The notes beneath the pieces were generated by a model. The model saw nothing but the letters and a program-made list of their open reading frames with translations. It did not search any database and had not been told where the DNA came from. Shown here in pieces: positions 28,455 through 42,090 of a DNA stretch of 64,000 nt. The stretch lies in contig OX597820.1 of assembly GCA_951406725.2 (NCBI GenBank), positions 95,418,001 to 95,482,000 on the forward strand, given 5' to 3'. A program made the position numbers and the translations under genes. Each line of letters opens with the position of its first letter. The stretch's first letter is position 1. The stretch is from Octopus vulgaris. Taxonomy: Eukaryota.

Positions 28455-28793
28455 ACGTGTATATGTCTGTATATGTGTATATTTGTGTGTGTGTGTTTAT
28501 ATATATCCGTAAAAATGTACTTATACTTTCATAACACAATTCTCCCAGGACATAAGAATAGAATTTGGTCACAATGAGCTTTCATATTTTGAATGAAAGA
28601 TTGCACTCTAGACAAGGAATATAGATATAAACGGCCAGACAACTTTCCATATCTCTGATGAAGATTGCTATAGTATTATAATGTTCTCTAGTTCGTATTA
28701 CTATTCATAGATTTGCTTCATCAAACACGCGCACACACACGCACACATACACACACATATGTACGTATGTGTGTGTGTGTGTGTGTGTGTGAA

Positions 28794-29467
28794 CATATAT
28801 TAGAAATCCTTTATCTTAAACTCTCCAAAATCCGAAAGTTTTTTGAAGGCGGACATGACACACCACAAATGGAAAATTCCACAAAATGTTGGGAAGGTTC
28901 CACCAGGTACAGCAGCTGTATACTGTTATGACACGTGAGTTTGTAAGCAGAGATCATCACGATTTGTTTTCTCTTCTTTTTGTACACTAAGCACGTAATT
29001 TTTATGTGAAACCTGAATTTCACCTTCACGTATGAGTGTAACATGACTAGCATCATTACTTGTACGTTACTTTAAAAATAAAACACCGAACTTTCCAGTT
29101 TTCATTTTATTTACCTATAATTATGTTCAATGCTTTATTTTTATAACTTACACAAAACCTAATACCTGTGTAGTAAAAAATAAAATACAAATAGCGTACG
29201 TGCACTGTAAACTTTTTTCATTTAATCAAAACATGACATCGAAGGTGGAGACGGATATCCTTACCTTTCTGATGGTATTATGTATAAAAATATTATTGAA
29301 AAATCATATCTAACTAGATTTACGGTATATTTATGAGTTATATTATGACATATAAACGGAGAGTGTGTTTAGACATGCCCAAGCTGTCCCATGTTATTGA
29401 TGTAAATATATAAATACACCGAAATTCGACGAAAATCCGAAATCCGCAACACTTTCGGTCCTAGGAG
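28794..29467. mobile_element. Non-autonomous pogo/Tigger-like element (Tigger4/MER46-like ends)
   Basis: CTCCAAAATCCGAAAGTTTTTTGA..GACATGAC..CCACAAATGGAAAATTCCACA and AAAATCCGAAATCCGCAACACTTTCGGTCC resemble the Tigger4 consensus as I recall it. Confidence 0.65.
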
Positions 29468-29484
29468 TATATATATAGATATAT

Positions 29485-29995
29485 GGAGCATAGTGGGCTC
29501 TCAATAGAGGTTGATGTCTGGCAGCTGTATCTTGCCAGGAGTGGTCAGGTGGACAAACATCACTGGTCCCTATTCAACCTCTAATCTCTCACTTGATGGA
29601 TCCTAGCTCTACACCCTCGAATCCCACTTAGGCGAAAGACTTTGAGTAAGGCTTCTCAAGAAGTCACCAGTTAGGACAAAAGGAACCTGTTCAGGTCAAC
29701 GGCCGAGTATTCGGAGCCAAGGCATGTCTGAAGTAGGAGCATAGGGTTGTGGCTAACAGCTTGGAAAGGAATGAACAGCGTCCAGTTAACTTGGCCATGA
29801 TACATTCATGATGATGGTAACCATACCAGAAGCCACACTGGATCGGTCGTCGCCCTGGGTTATCATCAAAGAATGGACAGACCTCAACTTCGTCGATTCA
29901 CAGAGGGCAGCAGAAGATCAAGATCAGTGGCAAAGCCTGCTTACGTCATCAACGAATGCCTCAATGGCCACCACACGGTGAAGAATTTGGAAGGA
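29485..29995 (+). mobile_element. Bipartite RTE-derived non-autonomous retroelement
   Basis: GC-richer 5'UTR-like region fused to an RTE C-terminal remnant IKEWTDLNFVDSQRAAEDQDQWQSL. Confidence 0.6.
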
Positions 29996-29998
29996 ATG

Positions 29999-30033
<35 letters not shown>

Positions 30034-30036
<3 letters not shown>

Positions 30037-30246
30037 GGTGGTTCAAAAGTAGGTTGACAGGCATCATGTAAGCACTTTAAATTTCTTTTAAAACATTTTA
30101 TTATATTTAAATTTCTGTCCTGCAATTACCTAAATTAGCATAGAATAATGGTTTCATATTTTTTATATAATTAAGATCTAAACTGCTGATATATGAATGC
30201 GAAAGAGACAGTTGAATAACTGTAAACCTACTTTTGGGCCACCCTG
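30034..30246. mobile_element. 213-bp Tc1/mariner MITE
   Basis: TIRs AGGGTGGTTCAAAAGTAGGTTGACAG and CTGTAAACCTACTTTTGGGCCACCCTG; TA flanks. Confidence 0.85.
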
Positions 30247-30258
30247 TATGTATGTATG

Positions 30259-30326
<68 letters not shown>

Positions 30327-30499
30327 GAGAGCATTTTTATAGATAATTCAGATGATTTCTTTATGTGTGCATGATGTGTATATTTACAAGTGTGCGTGTA
30401 TGCAAGAGTTTGTCAGTGTGTGTTTAACCCACTGAAGCGCAGACTTATTTGTAACTATATTGATTAATGTACATATTGATTAATGATAAATTGTGTTAC

Positions 30500-30679
30500 C
30501 TGCACGTCTCAATGATAAGCGTTTGTCCAGCTGCATTGTGTGTGTGATGACGTAGAAACGCTCAAGTGTAATAATAGTGAGTGTATATACGCTCATTTCA
30601 CTGGAAACCGTTCCAAGTATACCTGCTACCAAACACCACGTACTTGTCTGCCAATCTAACGCAAATTTCTTGAATTCAC
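30500..30679 (-). CDS. Next exon of the same LGR: ECL1, TM3 and ICL2
   Basis: Acceptor TTTTTACATAG|GT at 30680 and donor G|GTAACA at 30499; 180 bp, phase 1 to phase 1. Joins the upstream exon in frame (GTL-G-EFKKF). Translates GEFKKFALDWQTSTWCLVAGILGTVSSEMSVYTLTIITLERFYVITHTMQLDKRLSLRRA, containing the LGR motif SE.SVYTL..ITLER. Confidence 0.95.
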
Positions 30680-30996
30680 CTATGTAAAAAGGAAAGGAAA
30701 AAAAAATTAACAAAATAAAATATTATTTAGAAGAAAACAACCCCGCAACTTAAAAAGTAAAAAACAAATACTTTCCGCAAAAAAAAGAAGAAAAAAACTA
30801 CCTCGAATTAGAGTTTACCTTTATTGACTAAAAGAACATTTGTTTAATTACAGAATGACGTAAAAAGGATTTCCGTCGGTTGACAGATTGAAAAGAGAAT
30901 TCAGATGTTCGATAAACTGAATTACTTGCTCATTGAGTTAGTAAGAAAGTGAAAGTGACTGAGTGTTTCATAGACACGTGCACCATTTATGTAGAA

Positions 30997-32233
30997 CTTG
31001 CTGTTGGACCCGGCGTTGCTCGTATTTTCCGTGTTGAAGTTATTCCCACTTCAGCACGGATTTTACCAGGTTAACGCTTTCGACATACTCCTACATACTA
31101 AACCGTCTGAAATCGCAGCCAAAGTTTTGGGTGTACCTCGACCCGTTGAGAGTGATGTTTGTTTATTTCTCTCCCCTTAATGCCACCCTCTGTACAAACT
31201 TGATCAGCGTGTTTAATCTCAGCAAAATCCGAAGAAAATGTTAAGTTTATGTCATAAAATAGATTCCAAGTGACCATTTACATGAAAATATCCCATTGAC
31301 TTTAAATCACAATACATTATATGAATAATCGATGTGCTTAATCTTACTCATGGGTCAATTTTCTTCATAATCAGTTCATTATTTTATTGTGAGTGAATTT
31401 TGACGATTTCCGCCTCTCACCAGTTTAATTTTAATTCTACTACATAACTCCGACCATAAACTTTATCTAAATGTGAAATTTCATAAAAATCGGATGAATT
31501 CTGTAAAAGTTACAGCATACAATATTAATCCTAGGGGTGATTGCATGCAAAAAGCCTATTGATTTCTTAAAATCTTCCGCGCATGCGCAATTATAGATTT
31601 TTTTGTCATGTCTTCAAGCTGGCATCAACTAATGGACATGAAGTGTAATCACGTATAAAATTTCTACAAAAACGATAAGGATGTCTCTAAGGAAATGCTT
31701 ATTTGCATTTGTGCCCTCTTCAAGCCCTTTTGAATTAAATAAGTACCTTTACCGTCTCCCCTACCACAAAATTTAATTTACCTACATCTCAAATTTCATC
31801 AAAATCGGATAAAAAATATAAACGTTAGACCAAAGATAAAATCCCTATGGGTATTTGTACGCAAAAAGCCTATTGATTTTATAAAACCACGGCTCAGGCG
31901 CAATTATCGATATTTTGTCAACGCCATATACTGACATCAACTCACACTACCATGATTCTCGCTCACTCATCAATTTTCATCAAAATCGGATAAAAAATGC
32001 AAAAGCTGCAGGAAAAATAACATCGTTATGGGAATTTCTACTCAATCGCCCGATTGAGCTCACTCAAGTCGTTGACAACTGCGCATTATCGAATTTTTGA
32101 AAAATTCAGGGCTTATTTGAACTTCAGAGATCTACCTATGTGCCAAAAATCATTAAAATCGGTTGGACAGTGTTGGAAGAGTTAGAGTAACCCCAAGCAC
32201 ACACGGACACCATTACACATTTATGTATATAGA
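30997..32233 (-). mobile_element. Non-autonomous Helitron (about 1.24 kb) inserted into an older family C SINE
   Basis: Minus strand reads A|TCTATATACATAAA ... CGAGCAACGCCGGGTCCAACAGCAAG|T: TC start, subterminal GC-rich segment, CTAG-like end and AT target. Internal repeats of AATTTCATCAAAATCGG. Flanks rejoin as a SINE body. Confidence 0.75.
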
Positions 32234-32878
32234 TTAGAGTGACATACCGTGTAACAAGACTGTACATTTTGAATTCAAGTTATATGTCACCTGATGAGCT
32301 TCCGTTTCTATCCAATCGCACCCGGAAAACTCAATTAATTAAATGAATTAGTAAAATAATTACTTAATTTATTCAATTAATATTTATTCATCACAGAGTG
32401 TGCCAAGAATAGAATCTGAAAGAAATAGTTTCTCATTTAGGCACAAGATCAGATATTTTGAGGCTGGATTAGTATTTCGATACCATCGACCCCAGTACAT
32501 GACTAGTATTTTATATTATCTTGAATTTCATCGTTAAGAATGAAAAGCATGTTGGCCTCGGTAGGATTCGAACTCAGAACTTAAAAACATAACGCAAAGA
32601 ACTTTTACTGACGTTACTCTGTAACGATCCTCCCGGTTCGTCGCTTTGCAGCCTGAAAGTAATAAAGTCGCGTTTCTAGTATCTAATCAAACATTTTCTT
32701 TAATGCGTTTACTGGCTTCTAGCATTTGACGGTGGTCATACTGAATCATCGGCATGAGTATTGCAGCTATGTGCATGGTATTCGATTAATGAAGGGGCTT
32801 GGTATAGCTGTCCATATTTGTATCTGCTACTGCAATGCAGGTTATTTTGAAATTGTGTGCATTAGAAGTCCAAGAGCC

Positions 32879-33645
32879 GGATCTTTTCCCTTTGAACGGC
32901 AGATCGAGAAATTAATTTTTTGTAACTAAACACTTTCAAACTTCGGACACTGGTAGAATGTGTCTTATAAAATATGTTTTACTCTTAGTGTTGTTGAGAA
33001 AAGTTTCTATTGTCAAAGTTATTTCGTGTTAAAGTTGTCGTATTTCGGTAATTTCAACCAATCAAAGACGTGTATTCAGCTGAATAGAATTATTGCCGTT
33101 GTTTGTCAACAACAACTTCCGGCGGTGTATATTTTGTTTGTCACTGTTATTTATGACATATTTCACCTCAGTTACGTTTGTATGAATAAACGAGTGTATC
33201 TGAAGCATGTTTACTTCATGGCACCACCATAATCGTTCGTGCATTTCTACTGTTTTTGGTTTTTTTCTTGTTTTTCAGTTACTATTTTCGGAAAGACCCT
33301 AACTCTAAAAACCTAACCCTAACCCTAAAACCCTAAAGCTAAAACCAGTACAAACGCATGAACGATGTCATAAATAACAGTGACAAACGAAATATACACC
33401 GCCGATAGTTGTTGTTGACAAACAACGGCAGTAATTTTATTCAGCTGAATACACGTCATTGATTGGTTGAAATTACCGAAATACGACAACTTTAACACGA
33501 AATAACTTTGACAATAGAAACTTTTCTCAACAACACTAACAGTAAAAGATGTTTTATATGACACATTCTGCCAGTGTCCGAAGTTTGAAAGTGTTTAGTT
33601 ATAAAAAATTTATTTCTCGATCTGCCGTTCAAAGGGAAAATATCC
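32879..33645. mobile_element. Long-TIR non-autonomous DNA transposon with 8-bp TSD (Merlin- or Mutator-like)
   Basis: TIRs of about 280 bp with GGAT...ATCC ends; TSD CAAGAGCC at 32871-32878 and 33646-33653; internal CCCTAA-like repeats at 33296-33337. Confidence 0.92.
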
Positions 33646-34033
33646 CAAGAGCCTTTTGAAAGTGCTGACATCTACTCCGTCCATATTCCCTATGTTGTGA
33701 CGCACGCGCGCGTACACTCACATACACACGCATGTATGTGTGTATTTGAATACTTTATTCCTTCATTCTTTTATTGATTTCTTTCATTGAACTGCGACCA
33801 TAGCCAGGCACTACATTTAAGTGTTTCATTGAATATATCGATGCTAATACTTTGGAACTGATCTCTCCTAAGGTAGGAAATACAGAGTGGCCTTTGGTGG
33901 AAGACGACAGAACGAGTAACATTTGCGTTCGAATGCAAATAAATCGGTGTGTCAAAAAAACAAAAAACAAAAAAACGTATTTATTTCAACCGAGTTTCAC
34001 ATACACTGTTTGGTCACTTTCGCCAACTACTTC

Positions 34034-34310
34034 TCACAAATGCATTATAAAATAAAATAAAGAAAATAACCCTATCACAGGAGTTAATGGAGATTCTAGC
34101 GTCGGATGTACTTGTTAATAAAGACGTGTTCAATCAGTGATTTACTCGTTGGGAACCTATAAGTAACATCGTTATTCATTTTCACAAATGCATAATATAA
34201 TATATGAAATGAAAATAAGCCTGTTACAGGAGTTAATGGAGGTTCTACCGTCGGATGTTCTTCTTAATAAAGAACGTGCTTATTTATTGGGATCTGTTAA
34301 AGTAATAAAC
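34034..34310. repeat. Diverged tandem duplication, unit about 148 bp
   Basis: TCACAAATGCAT...ACAGGAGTTAATGGAG..CGTCGGATGT occurs twice. Confidence 0.8.
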
Positions 34311-36011
34311 AAATGATATTTGCAACTAGTAGATGATAAGTGAATGGAGAACGGCGATATAGTCATATCTAAATAGAAATGTATATTATAGAGAACAGGC
34401 TATTAATATTGAAAGAGAATAGCATTTCAGAAGTAACATCGTGGATACAGCTAGACAATGTGGTAAGGATATATATATATACGTGTCGCCAAAGAGCAGT
34501 TAAAGATGAAGTAAAGCATATACTTATGTTGAAAATAAGTACATTCTTAGAGAAGCTGCTTAGAAAAATGAAATCCACTCTACAAAAGACAAAGAAAATC
34601 GATAAATTGTTTGATAGCAAAAACAAATATTGCGCTTTTGATGAAATATGAAATTTTTTGAGAAGAGTTGAATGTAGAAGCAACAAGTACCAGTGGTTTG
34701 TGGACCACGTACTGAAAGTTAAGGTAGAAATTGTGACTGGATGTTTTTAGCTTCATCAGTTTAAATTGAAATGTAACTAAGGATTTATTAAAAAATGCAC
34801 AACAAAAATCCAAGAGCAATGCCGTTGAAAATAACATAGTTGTGTACTAAGATTTATTTCGTTCCTGAATATCTAATGTAGTATTGTTTTTGGTCGAGTC
34901 CATTAGGTGATGTATTATCTGCTGATGTGTTGATGATTCGTATCCCATCCCTTGTTCAGCGGCGACGATAACAACAAAATAAGGCTCATTCAAAATGTTC
35001 ATCTAATCCTAAATAGATGAGCTAACGAAGGAGTTGTACGTGATCACAAGATTTCAAGGAAATATTAACCAAATCTTCTTCTTATCTCACCTTACCATTT
35101 TATAAAAGATGAAAACTTATGGCAATTTCTTCCTAAATACACTTTGTCTTAAAAAATGAATTTATCGTGACCCGAACAACAATGCCAATAATTCTGTTCG
35201 ATCAGAGAGGAACTGTGAATAAATAACAACAAAACCCCGAAATATGTATCATGGCTTTATACAGTATCTTATTAACGGAGCGTAATTAACGGAGGTAATT
35301 AACGCAGCTAATTAACGGGGCATAATTAACAAATGTTTCATCATCAAGCATTGCTTTATTACCTTCTCTTAAACTAGTAAGTTTTGTCATTAAAGCCTAA
35401 CCCTGATTCTGTTTACGGATTGCCTATGTGTGTATTCTATATTAAATGTGTGTATTTTATATTAAACTCATCACACATTTGGAGCTAAGTAGATATGTTA
35501 CTCAACCATGAGGAGCTGTTACTAAAAGGAAGAAAGAAAGGGAAAACCTACTTTAACATATTTTTATCTTAAAAAGGTTGAAAGAAATCAATAAAAGATC
35601 TTAAAAACTGTTCATCCAATAATATCGCAAATATTTTAATAACAAGAACATCCTACTTAATCTTCAAAGTATATTCTCCCAAGCAAATAAATTCTCTTTA
35701 CCCAGGAAATATTATCCTTTCACACATGATTACAACTTCATATGAAGAAGTGTGATATACTGAATACATTTACTTATCGTATTATTTCATATCTGTTTTG
35801 AATATAACTCTTAATAATTTCATACATGAAAAAAATGTACTACTTCGTAATTTTTATTTTAATAATTGTAGCTATTAAAAATCTATAGATCTCCGTTATA
35901 TCATGTCATTTTTAGAGGTAATTTCTCTAAGCTTATAAAGCTGCTGGTTATATTCTTTCATTCAAATTATTTTTCAACAGTTCCTTTCTCAGTTTTATAC
36001 TCATAATACCT

Positions 36012-36230
36012 ATTTCTCTATTACCCACAAGGGGCTAAACACAGAGGGGAAAAACATAGGTATTAAGTCGATTACATCGACCCCAGTGCGTAACTGTTAC
36101 TTAATTTATCGACCCCGAAAGGATGAAAGGCAAAGTCGACCTCGGCGGAATTTGAACTCACAACGTAACGCAGACGAAATACCGCTAAGCATTTCGCCCG
36201 GCGTGCTAACGTTTCTGCCAGCTCGCCGCC
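36012..36230 (-). mobile_element. SINE family A monomer
   Basis: TSD TCATAATACCT at 36001-36011 and 36231-36241. Confidence 0.92.
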
Positions 36231-39200
36231 TCATAATACCTGTATTTATTTTATAGGTTTTCCTTCCAATAAGTATGCTAGATATACAAAAATAACTGCT
36301 TCTAATTTAGTTGTAAGGCCAGAAATTGTTGCAGGAAGGATTAGTTGATTATATCACCCGCCTCACGTGACTGATATTTTATTTTGTTGAAGTCTGAAAG
36401 CATGAAACGAAAATTTAACTTCATCACTATTTGAACTCAAAATCCAAAAACGTGGAACGAATACATAGAGGTATTGTGTTCAACGATCTAACGTTTCAGC
36501 CACATCATCAATTTTAAGGTGCTAAAAAAATAATAAAAGAGAAATTTCAAAAAAAGCGTTAAATGCTTATTTGAGTAAGTTCTAGAACTTCTATTATTAT
36601 CTATATTAAAATCATAAACACTGACATTATCCTTTTAATATTTAATTACTAGATTTTAACTAGATGTAGTAAACACATTGACCAAATAAATCTACAAATA
36701 GGAGAAAGTATTTCCTTTTATGAAATACTTCCTATGAAACGTAAAAGCCATTTCCTTCGAAAAAAAAAAAGATTAGATAATTTCAAAAAAATAATTTTTG
36801 TTTTTGCAAAATGTACTAATTATTAAGTGGTAGTAAACAACTCAAGCCAATGATGAAGGTAAACAATGAAGAATTGCATTCAACGCATAATTACTGAAAC
36901 GCTTCGAATGTAGAAAATTTCGCAATCAGAGAACATTTCCAGTTGGAGCAATTATCTACATTTCTTTGCCATTATATAAATAATTATGTCTCAGCTATAG
37001 CCTCATTTACATTGTGTCATTTCTAAGGTACTTTTAATCAATGAGTAATTTTAATAAATTAGAAGACTTTGCGTTTGTTATTTTCCTTCATCCTAATTAT
37101 TTTTCCTTAAACTGCATTTGAACGAGCAATAATTCAGAGAAGGAACGATGTTTCCATTTATATAATGATATTCAGCCATTTAAAGTTACTCCAGCATGCC
37201 CTATTCATAAACAACCATAATTAAATAAGTGTCAACACATTTAATGAAGAGAACATTAAAAATCTAATTAGAAATGATTACACGCTGAAAAAAAAAAACA
37301 TACAATTTTAGTCAATGGCGTATTTTTTCGGCAAGTACAAGAGACAATTCTAGACATATTTTGGCCTCATCAGCGAAATGCTTCTTATCGATTATGATAA
37401 GAGTAGAAGTGTCTGTGAAATAATCAGCCACTTATGTTATATAACAATGGTTTCTAATTTTCGTATATGACCATTCACAATTTCAAGGGTTAGTAGATGA
37501 CATATTTCCTTATATTTTATAATATTTTCTGATTTATGCACAAGGCCCATAATTTCGAGGATGGGGTGGAATTGTCAATGCCATCGCCCCCGTACTAGAG
37601 CTGGTACTTTATTATTTTTGAACCTGAAAGAATGAAACGCAAATTTGACATTGGCGAGATTTGAACTCAGAACATAAAGAGTGGGAACAAATAGCGCTGT
37701 ACCAATTCTGCCAACTCGCCGCTTTCTTTCTTATAGTATATGATAATGATTTCCGATTTGAACTTTCTGCTTTAGGCACAAGATCAACAATCTTAAGAGG
37801 AGTGGTCGATACCATCGACCCCAGTACTTGAATATTACTTTATTTTATGGACCCCAGAGGAATAAAAGATAAAGTTGTTCTTGGCAGGACCCGAACCCAT
37901 TTATACTATGTAATGCAATGAGTTTGTATATAGATCTTTTAATTGAACAAATGAAATATCCATTCGCTGAAACTGGAAAGAGAATTTATTTCAAGTAAAA
38001 GTCTAGCTACAGAGAATTCTTCATTTCTTCAAAAACAAGGCGGCGAGTTGGAAGAATAGTTAGCACGTCGGGTAAAATGCTTAGCAGCATTTCGAGATCG
38101 ACTTCGCCTTTTATCCTTTTTGGGGTCAATGGAATAAGTACCAGTTGCGCACTCTCCCAAAATCATTGGCCTTGTGCCAAATTTTGAAACCAATATCAAT
38201 ATTCCAGACTGATTTTCGTCTGAAACCGTTTCCATCCACCTTCATTTTTAGTGTTTATGAAGAAACCCTGATATATTCCAGTTCGCTTCCCTTATAAGCC
38301 TGCAGCCTTATTAGATATATTACTATATATATTTGCCAAGATACAAATTTTTAACCAGCGAACTAAATGCCTTGTAAGAGTTGTTAGATCATCGGACAAA
38401 ATGTTAACATTTCTTCCTGCACTTTCTCTTCTGAGTTTAAATCCTGTTGAGGCTATCGTTGCTTTTCATTCCTCTGGAGTCGATAAAGTAAGGTACCAAC
38501 CAAGTATTGGATGCGATGGTATCGACTCACCTCTAGTTTCAAAATTGCTGACATTGTACTTAAATTAGAAAATTATTTTGTTTCTTTCTAAGTTCGAAAT
38601 TCAGATTCTTTCGGGATAGACTATGTTTAGATCAATAACCTAAGTGCAAATATACTGAATCATATTGACCGACATTACACACCTGCCTTATATATTTAAA
38701 GCACCTTGTCGTTTAAGAAATACATGCAAATATTATAGAAGGTAATAAGCAGGATATTTATAACGCGTTAGAGTAGTTATCATCACTCTGGTCTAAGCTT
38801 ACGTTGCTTGGATCGACTCTTCCTTTGAAATCTGGGACTGATAAACTAAGCATATTAATTCTCTAGTGTGGATGCTTCGACAATTGCTACCTGTTATAGT
38901 CAGCCTTGTTCTTGAGTAAGAAATCAATATTATCATTAGAGGAAAGTTCTGTATTAAGCCAATTCTGCATTGAACCATTTGTAATAGTAATAATCAATAA
39001 CTTTAAAAGTGAAACCAGTATCAAACGACTTTTGTCCATTTGTATTTAGTGTCAGATTTCTCTTTCTATTGAATATCAGATGTAATAGGTTGGTATATGA
39101 CTAGTCATTCGTGGACTGATATATTTTTTATAATTAGATTTACACCTTTCCCTGTTATAAACTGATCGAGTCAATTACTTAATTCTCTTTTCATGATTAG

Positions 39201-41602
39201 TGCTATCCATCAATGCTTCTGTTAACACCAACCAAATCGGGATATTTATATCGCATTGGGAGCTTGGAGGTAAAATGTTAGTTTTTTTTTCTTTTTTTGC
39301 ACCACTACCTGACAATCAAGTCTATTCCTGGTGGCTCCTAGTTTGTAATTTTTCAGAAACAGTCTAAAAAAAGATCAAACTTCCAGTATGAAGTTAAACT
39401 TAGTGTTTATATCCAACAAAGCATTCATCAGTTTCACAGTGCTGCCATTGTTTATGGCTTAAAGTTCAGAACCCAAGGAAGCTGGTGAGGGTCTGCGCCT
39501 GCAACTCTAAATCAAAAGGAGGATTCATGGTAAGTTGAGAATTTCAGCTGCCCCGAGGAGTAGAGAGTAGAAAGTCTAAAGCCTACTACTAAAGTCTAAA
39601 GCCTCGGGCTTATACTCGTATATAGAGGATAGGGGAAAAAACGAAGATTTGTTAGTCTGGTTGACAGCACATAAAATAAACGGCAACACAGTTGCCGTCT
39701 ATTTTCAATGTTGTTAGCCAAGGAATCCTTTCGTCTTTCTTTAGTATACGATATTTTGTGTTGTGTAACATGTCTACAACGAATGTGGGTTGAGGATCAT
39801 ATAAAGTTGATATAATGAACTTCTGTTTCATATTGGTATTTGCGTTTGTTTATAGGCTGAAGTCGATGTCATTAAGATTACCATTCACTTTTGTGTCATC
39901 AACAATGAAAAAATATTCTTGAACTTTTTCTGCCCACCTTTGAAGAGCAAGTGCCTGAAACACTAGACTTTCTATTCCTCACGTTACTTATAATTATTTG
40001 ACATCCCACGAAATCTCCACAAATATCGAACTGTAAAACCTATAATACCTTCTTCAAACAAAGTGGAATGGTCAAGGAGTGAAGTTAACATAATGCAGTT
40101 AACAGTTTATTAGTCTACCGACTCTTCAGCCGGTTTCCTACTGTTCTATTGACTTGGACGTCTACGGTTTTTTGTTGCTAGTAATGTTCTGATTAATGGA
40201 AATGACGTTTAGCTATATTGTTGTATTGTAAGATAAGATCATTGCTAAACATTGATTTGTTGTAATAATAGAATCGATCATAGAAAGTCAATTCAATAGT
40301 CTAAGCAATACAGTGCCGTTCGAAATTTAGCCTCGTTTTCCTATTTTCTAAATACAGAGACCAGCGGATGTTTTGCTTTCCATCTCCACAAAGTTAATAG
40401 AACGAGTAATATTAGAGTATAGAGGTTCCTTTAATCGATTTAATACTACCTTCTTACAAACTGTTGCTTTTGAAATAACCAAGTTGCTGAGTGAGGCTAT
40501 AATGAGTGGTTAAGAAGTTCGTTTTGCAACTTCGTGAATCAGGGTCCCACCGCACTGTGTGGTACCTTGACAAGTACCATAATTTGAGTATAATGTAAAC
40601 TGTGTCTGTTAGCAGATTTAATTCCTCATTTAGTTCAATAGTATCATCTGGTCCGTGTGTGGTTTCTGTTGCAAGGCTAGATCTCCAGTCTGAAAATAAA
40701 TTCCTCCTACAAGTCACAGAAATCAACAAAAGGGTCATGGGAGTTAGTTTTTAACCTGAATAATCTAAGAACAAAATTACGGGAAAATATTTCATGTGTA
40801 TCTATATTTTTGTATTACTGAAATATCAGCAATATCTGAGAATGGTTTAGAATATTAATTTTCCCAATCAATCAGTCGATTAGGTTATAATTTCGTCATT
40901 GCTATTAAATTGGAATATTAAAGGTTTTTTACTTGTACATTCTCTGAATTTTGTTGATTTAGCTTCTGTGTAACCAGGTTTTTTTAATGTCAATACTTCC
41001 TACAAGCTAATGAAGAATTTTTATTTTCGGTATTTCAACAGATTTAACCTGAAATTATTGTTTGATCTCCATCTTTTCATACAAATAACTTAGATGTTTA
41101 ACAGATAACACTGTATCATTGACATTTAACTGATAGCCATCGAGCTATATCATTAACAATGCATTGATCTCTCTTTCATGTTATCAATTCATTATAGCAT
41201 TACATTCCATTTCATGAATTATAATTTTTGCCTTAATGCTTGTAATTTTAAATGAACTCTGCTCTATATGTAAGCATCGATTTATTTTTCTCACAAAATA
41301 ATGTCCATATTTTTCTACTTTTGGGTTTGATTCTTTTTCATTTTATTGATTGTTGCTTCTCCTGATTTTTATACTGCTTCTTGTTTCCTTTGATTCATAA
41401 AGCATCACTTGCTTACCTTTAGGTGCTTTCAGAACAATTTTCGGCCTTTAATGCATTACTTGTATCATTAATGCAGATGCCATTTGAAATCAGACTTAAT
41501 ACATTTCAATTTATGTAAATTTAGAGAGTGCTTTTGGCTTATTTCTGTGATCTCAACTGATTCACATTTCCCTGTTTCTTTATTTGTGTATTACAGACGT
41601 TC

Positions 41603-41663
<61 letters not shown>

Positions 41664-41759
41664 ACACACACATACATGCACACACAATACATGCGTACGT
41701 ATGTACGTAATACATACAATTATACATACATACATATATATGTAGGCATCATGTCAACA

Positions 41760-42090
41760 AAAAGCAACGCATAGGCACATATCCCATAAACTAGAGGATA
41801 ACAACAGCTTTTACAGGAAGAGTAGCATCTCCTAGGCCTGTGATAGGTATATTACATCCTACCTAGAAGGATATGCCTTTGCTATTAAAGAACAGGAGAT
41901 AGCTATGGAATACCCGATGAACAAAAGAGGTAAAGACACTATTAAATCTCCACGTTGAAATAGAAAATGTCAGCTCACTGTAGAGGATATTACCTACATC
42001 ATCAACAACTGGGCCAAAACGTCTGATGCTGCCTGCCCTTGAAGCATGATGTAGTTGCAAAGGCTATTACAACGCTGACCGCATGCAGGA
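41760..42090 (+). mobile_element. RLE-type LINE fragment, zinc-knuckle region
   Basis: ITSYLEGYAFAIKEQEIA..NRKCQL..VEDITYII..KHDVVAKA. Confidence 0.65.

Noticed and set aside
32291-32330. CTGATGAG hammerhead-like start (similar starts near 28655, 40122 and 42402)
   Set aside because: No correctly placed GAAA or stems I/III.
39439-39529. Plus-strand exon-like segment ending ATG|GTAAGT
   Set aside because: Short open frame without homology or partner exons; expected by chance.
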